A stretch of 64,000 nt of DNA from an uncultured delta proteobacterium (GTDB lineage Bacteria > Desulfobacterota > WTBG01). Positions 61,777-64,000 of the stretch are shown in pieces. The stretch spans positions 192,001 to 256,000 of the forward strand of contig CAWCBP010000008.1 in the NCBI GenBank assembly GCA_963793865.1, given 5' to 3'. How positions within the stretch are numbered: position 1 is the first letter of the stretch; the number at the start of each line of letters is the position of its first letter. Below the pieces are notes generated by a model. It was not told the origin of the DNA, searched no databases, and saw nothing but the letters and a program-made list of their open reading frames with translations. The position numbers and the translations under genes are program-made.

Positions 61777-64000
61777 TTACAGCACAACCTGGCTTCCATC
61801 CTTGCTGATCAGCTCAACCCGTATCCGGTAGCTGCCGGATTGTATTCCCCGAACATCTGCAAGATCAGTTTCCTGCCACTCCTGCCCATTGTAGTAATCG
61901 CTGATTGTCCCCTTGCTCGCAAGGGGTGTCACCCGTTCAAACCGGTAGTCACCGGAATAAGGCATGATCTTGGCAAGCGAGGTGTCTTCATCTCCCCGGG
62001 GAAGGCAGGGCCCTATGTACATATTACTGTCTCCGGTGGTTTGGTAATCGCCAAATATGAGGACATGGTTTTTGCGGGGATCCCCGCTGCCGGCGATCGA
62101 ACATTCAATGACCAGACGCGTGTTGTCACGCAGCATGTGGGGTGGGAGCGCAATTTCATACCACTGCCGCAAATCCTCGGGCTTCAGCTTATAGGTGTCA
62201 AAGAGAAAGCTCTTGTAAAGGCCAAAGAATTTTTTATCAAATTTCGCTTCGCTTGATTTAATCCCCCCCTGATACCGTTGTACCACTTCACCATTTGCCG
62301 TTACCTGTAAATCATACTCGTGACCTCCCCCGGGAAACATATCGATCATCAGCGCCGCCCGGTCATAGTCGTCGACGTTCAAGTCATCCGGGAGCAGGAT
62401 GGTCTGTCTGATTTTTTGATCCGGGGAAAAAAGAATGCAGTGCCACTCCTGCCAGGTTTTGCTGGTCAGGGCATCATTAGTGCCGCATACCATTATCACA
62501 AAGAGAGGAATAGCAGCGGCGTACAGGCTGAGATGCTTGAGTGTAATGCTCAGCGCAAAAATCCGGTAGAGCACGATGGCAAGAACCATAAATAATGCAT
62601 TCATCATAATAATGGTAATTGCATATAGGGTTGCAGGCGGGGTATGCGGAAAGACGCCAAGCAATGCAGGAACATCGAGATAAAGGAACAGCGAAGCGGT
62701 GATGACAGCACAGCAGCACAGCAGAGAGAACCGGTATGATAGCAACCGATTCCGCTCATGAATAAGAATGTACAGGATGTTGAGCAAGGCATATGCCGCT
62801 ACAATTATGACGAAGGGCATGGCCAGGACTGCATAGCGGGGAATGCCGATTATGGGAATATAGACTGCGTTGACATACAGGAAGATAAGGTAAAAAGGCC
62901 AGCAATGGAACCAATGCGGGAAAGAAAGCACGATGCCCAGCAGGCCAAGAATTATCAAAGAGCGATGCAAGTGCAATTGGCCCCATATCTTTGCCGAATG
63001 CCACCTTGCAGGGTAGGTCTCGACGTACATCCACATCCGGGTAGCCCTTTTAAGCATCTGGGACAGAAATGCTACCGGCCGTTTGCGGATGAGCAGTATC
63101 CCTGCCTGCAGATAAACCTCCGGTGTCAGTTTCTGGGCCTGATTCCCGATTAATAATGGTGGATTATAATTTTGTGTGATCTGGTATAATTCCTGGGTGG
63201 GTGTGGGGGCAAAAGTGTCGGAAACCCATCCGTCTCTATGGATGGTTTCGTAGAAAGACCAGGCAATTGATGGTTTGTTGAGGTTTATTGACCTGCTTAC
63301 CCGATAGGAAAACGCGCCATAGATAATGAACATGCAGAGAAACCCGGCGACAAAGTAAAGGAAGGAGCGGAGAAAACTTTTTTTGTAGTATAACCACAGT
63401 GTCATCAATAGAACGGGTGCCATGAGGAGGGGGAGGAATAAAAATCCGGACCGGTAAAATGTTACCATTGTCACCAAAACGCCTGAGATGAAATACAGAG
63501 AGAATCTCGTCCGTGAGAAAGCCTTTTGGAGGGAAAAAAAGCAAAGGGAAAGAAGAAAAACAGCAGTGGTTTCCTGGTATAACATGGTTGAATAATAGAT
63601 AAAGCCGGGATAGAGCGCATAGATAGACGCAGCGATCACCCCTGCCGTTCTGCTGAAAATGCTCTTCCCGATGCCATATATCAGCAGACAGGAAAGAGCG
63701 TCTATAAGTGCCTGGGCAAGCCTTACAAAAAAATCGTGAGGGCCACATACCTGATATATACCTGCAATGAAGAGGGGATAAAGCCAACCTCTCTTGGCGC
63801 CGAAGTAGGTGAATCGGTTTTCGTCTTCCAGGGGTTCTCCGGCAATGGCCGTGGGCAGGTTTCGGGCGATATATTCATATTCATACGCATCATCGGTAAC
63901 GGGTCTTTGGGGCAGGTAGTGCAGGGCGTACAAACGCAGAAGCAATGCAACCACAAAAATTCCTGTTATCGCCAGACGCTCTGTTTGTTTACGTTTGCGT
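61777..64000 (-). CDS. GT-C fold (ArnT/PMT-like) glycosyltransferase, start probably beyond window end
   Basis: DDAYEY, YPLFIAG, ALYPGFIYY, PRY, large soluble C-terminal domain. Confidence 0.75.
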   Translation of the reverse strand, partial: RKRKQTERLAITGIFVVALLLRLYALHYLPQRPVTDDAYEYEYIARNLPTAIAGEPLEDENRFTYFGAKRGWLYPLFIAGIYQVCGPHDFFVRLAQALIDALSCLLIYGIGKSIFSRTAGVIAASIYALYPGFIYYSTMLYQETTAVFLLSLCFFSLQKAFSRTRFSLYFISGVLVTMVTFYRSGFLFLPLLMAPVLLMTLWLYYKKSFLRSFLYFVAGFLCMFIIYGAFSYRVSRSINLNKPSIAWSFYETIHRDGWVSDTFAPTPTQELYQITQNYNPPLLIGNQAQKLTPEVYLQAGILLIRKRPVAFLSQMLKRATRMWMYVETYPARWHSAKIWGQLHLHRSLIILGLLGIVLSFPHWFHCWPFYLIFLYVNAVYIPIIGIPRYAVLAMPFVIIVAAYALLNILYILIHERNRLLSYRFSLLCCCAVITASLFLYLDVPALLGVFPHTPPATLYAITIIMMNALFMVLAIVLYRIFALSITLKHLSLYAAAIPLFVIMVCGTNDALTSKTWQEWHCILFSPDQKIRQTILLPDDLNVDDYDRAALMIDMFPGGGHEYDLQVTANGEVVQRYQGGIKSSEAKFDKKFFGLYKSFLFDTYKLKPEDLRQWYEIALPPHMLRDNTRLVIECSIAGSGDPRKNHVLIFGDYQTTGDSNMYIGPCLPRGDEDTSLAKIMPYSGDYRFERVTPLASKGTISDYYNGQEWQETDLADVRGIQSGSYRIRVELISKDGSQVVL

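Overview
This is a 64 kb chromosomal segment, most likely from an anaerobic Deltaproteobacterium (Desulfobacterota-like). That assignment is inferred from the thrS-infC(ATA start)-rpmI-rplT-pheST-ihfA-MerR block, pilTU, gatCA, a CFI-box-CTERM-like tail and sigma-54 promoters. Housekeeping genes (the translation block, tRNA-Val(GAC), gatCA, dprA-topA, pal, opgGH, nth) alternate with accessory loci. The most unusual loci are: (i) a secreted protein with a ferrochelatase-like fold and a substituted catalytic His, next to an orphan TolC and two tandem divergent HemF-like genes; (ii) an operon of a CelD/FemABX-like GNAT, an MshA-like glycosyltransferase, a PIG-L deacetylase, a nitroreductase and an amidohydrolase, which resembles a mycothiol/bacillithiol-type pathway without the usual cysteine ligase; (iii) a 127-nt structured element between convergent genes; and (iv) an apparently split-off OpgH N-terminal domain. 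Many genes, including gatA, carry single-base frameshifts, which points to sequencing or assembly indels. No CRISPR array, rRNA, transposase or prophage was seen. All family assignments come from motif recognition by eye, not from database searches.
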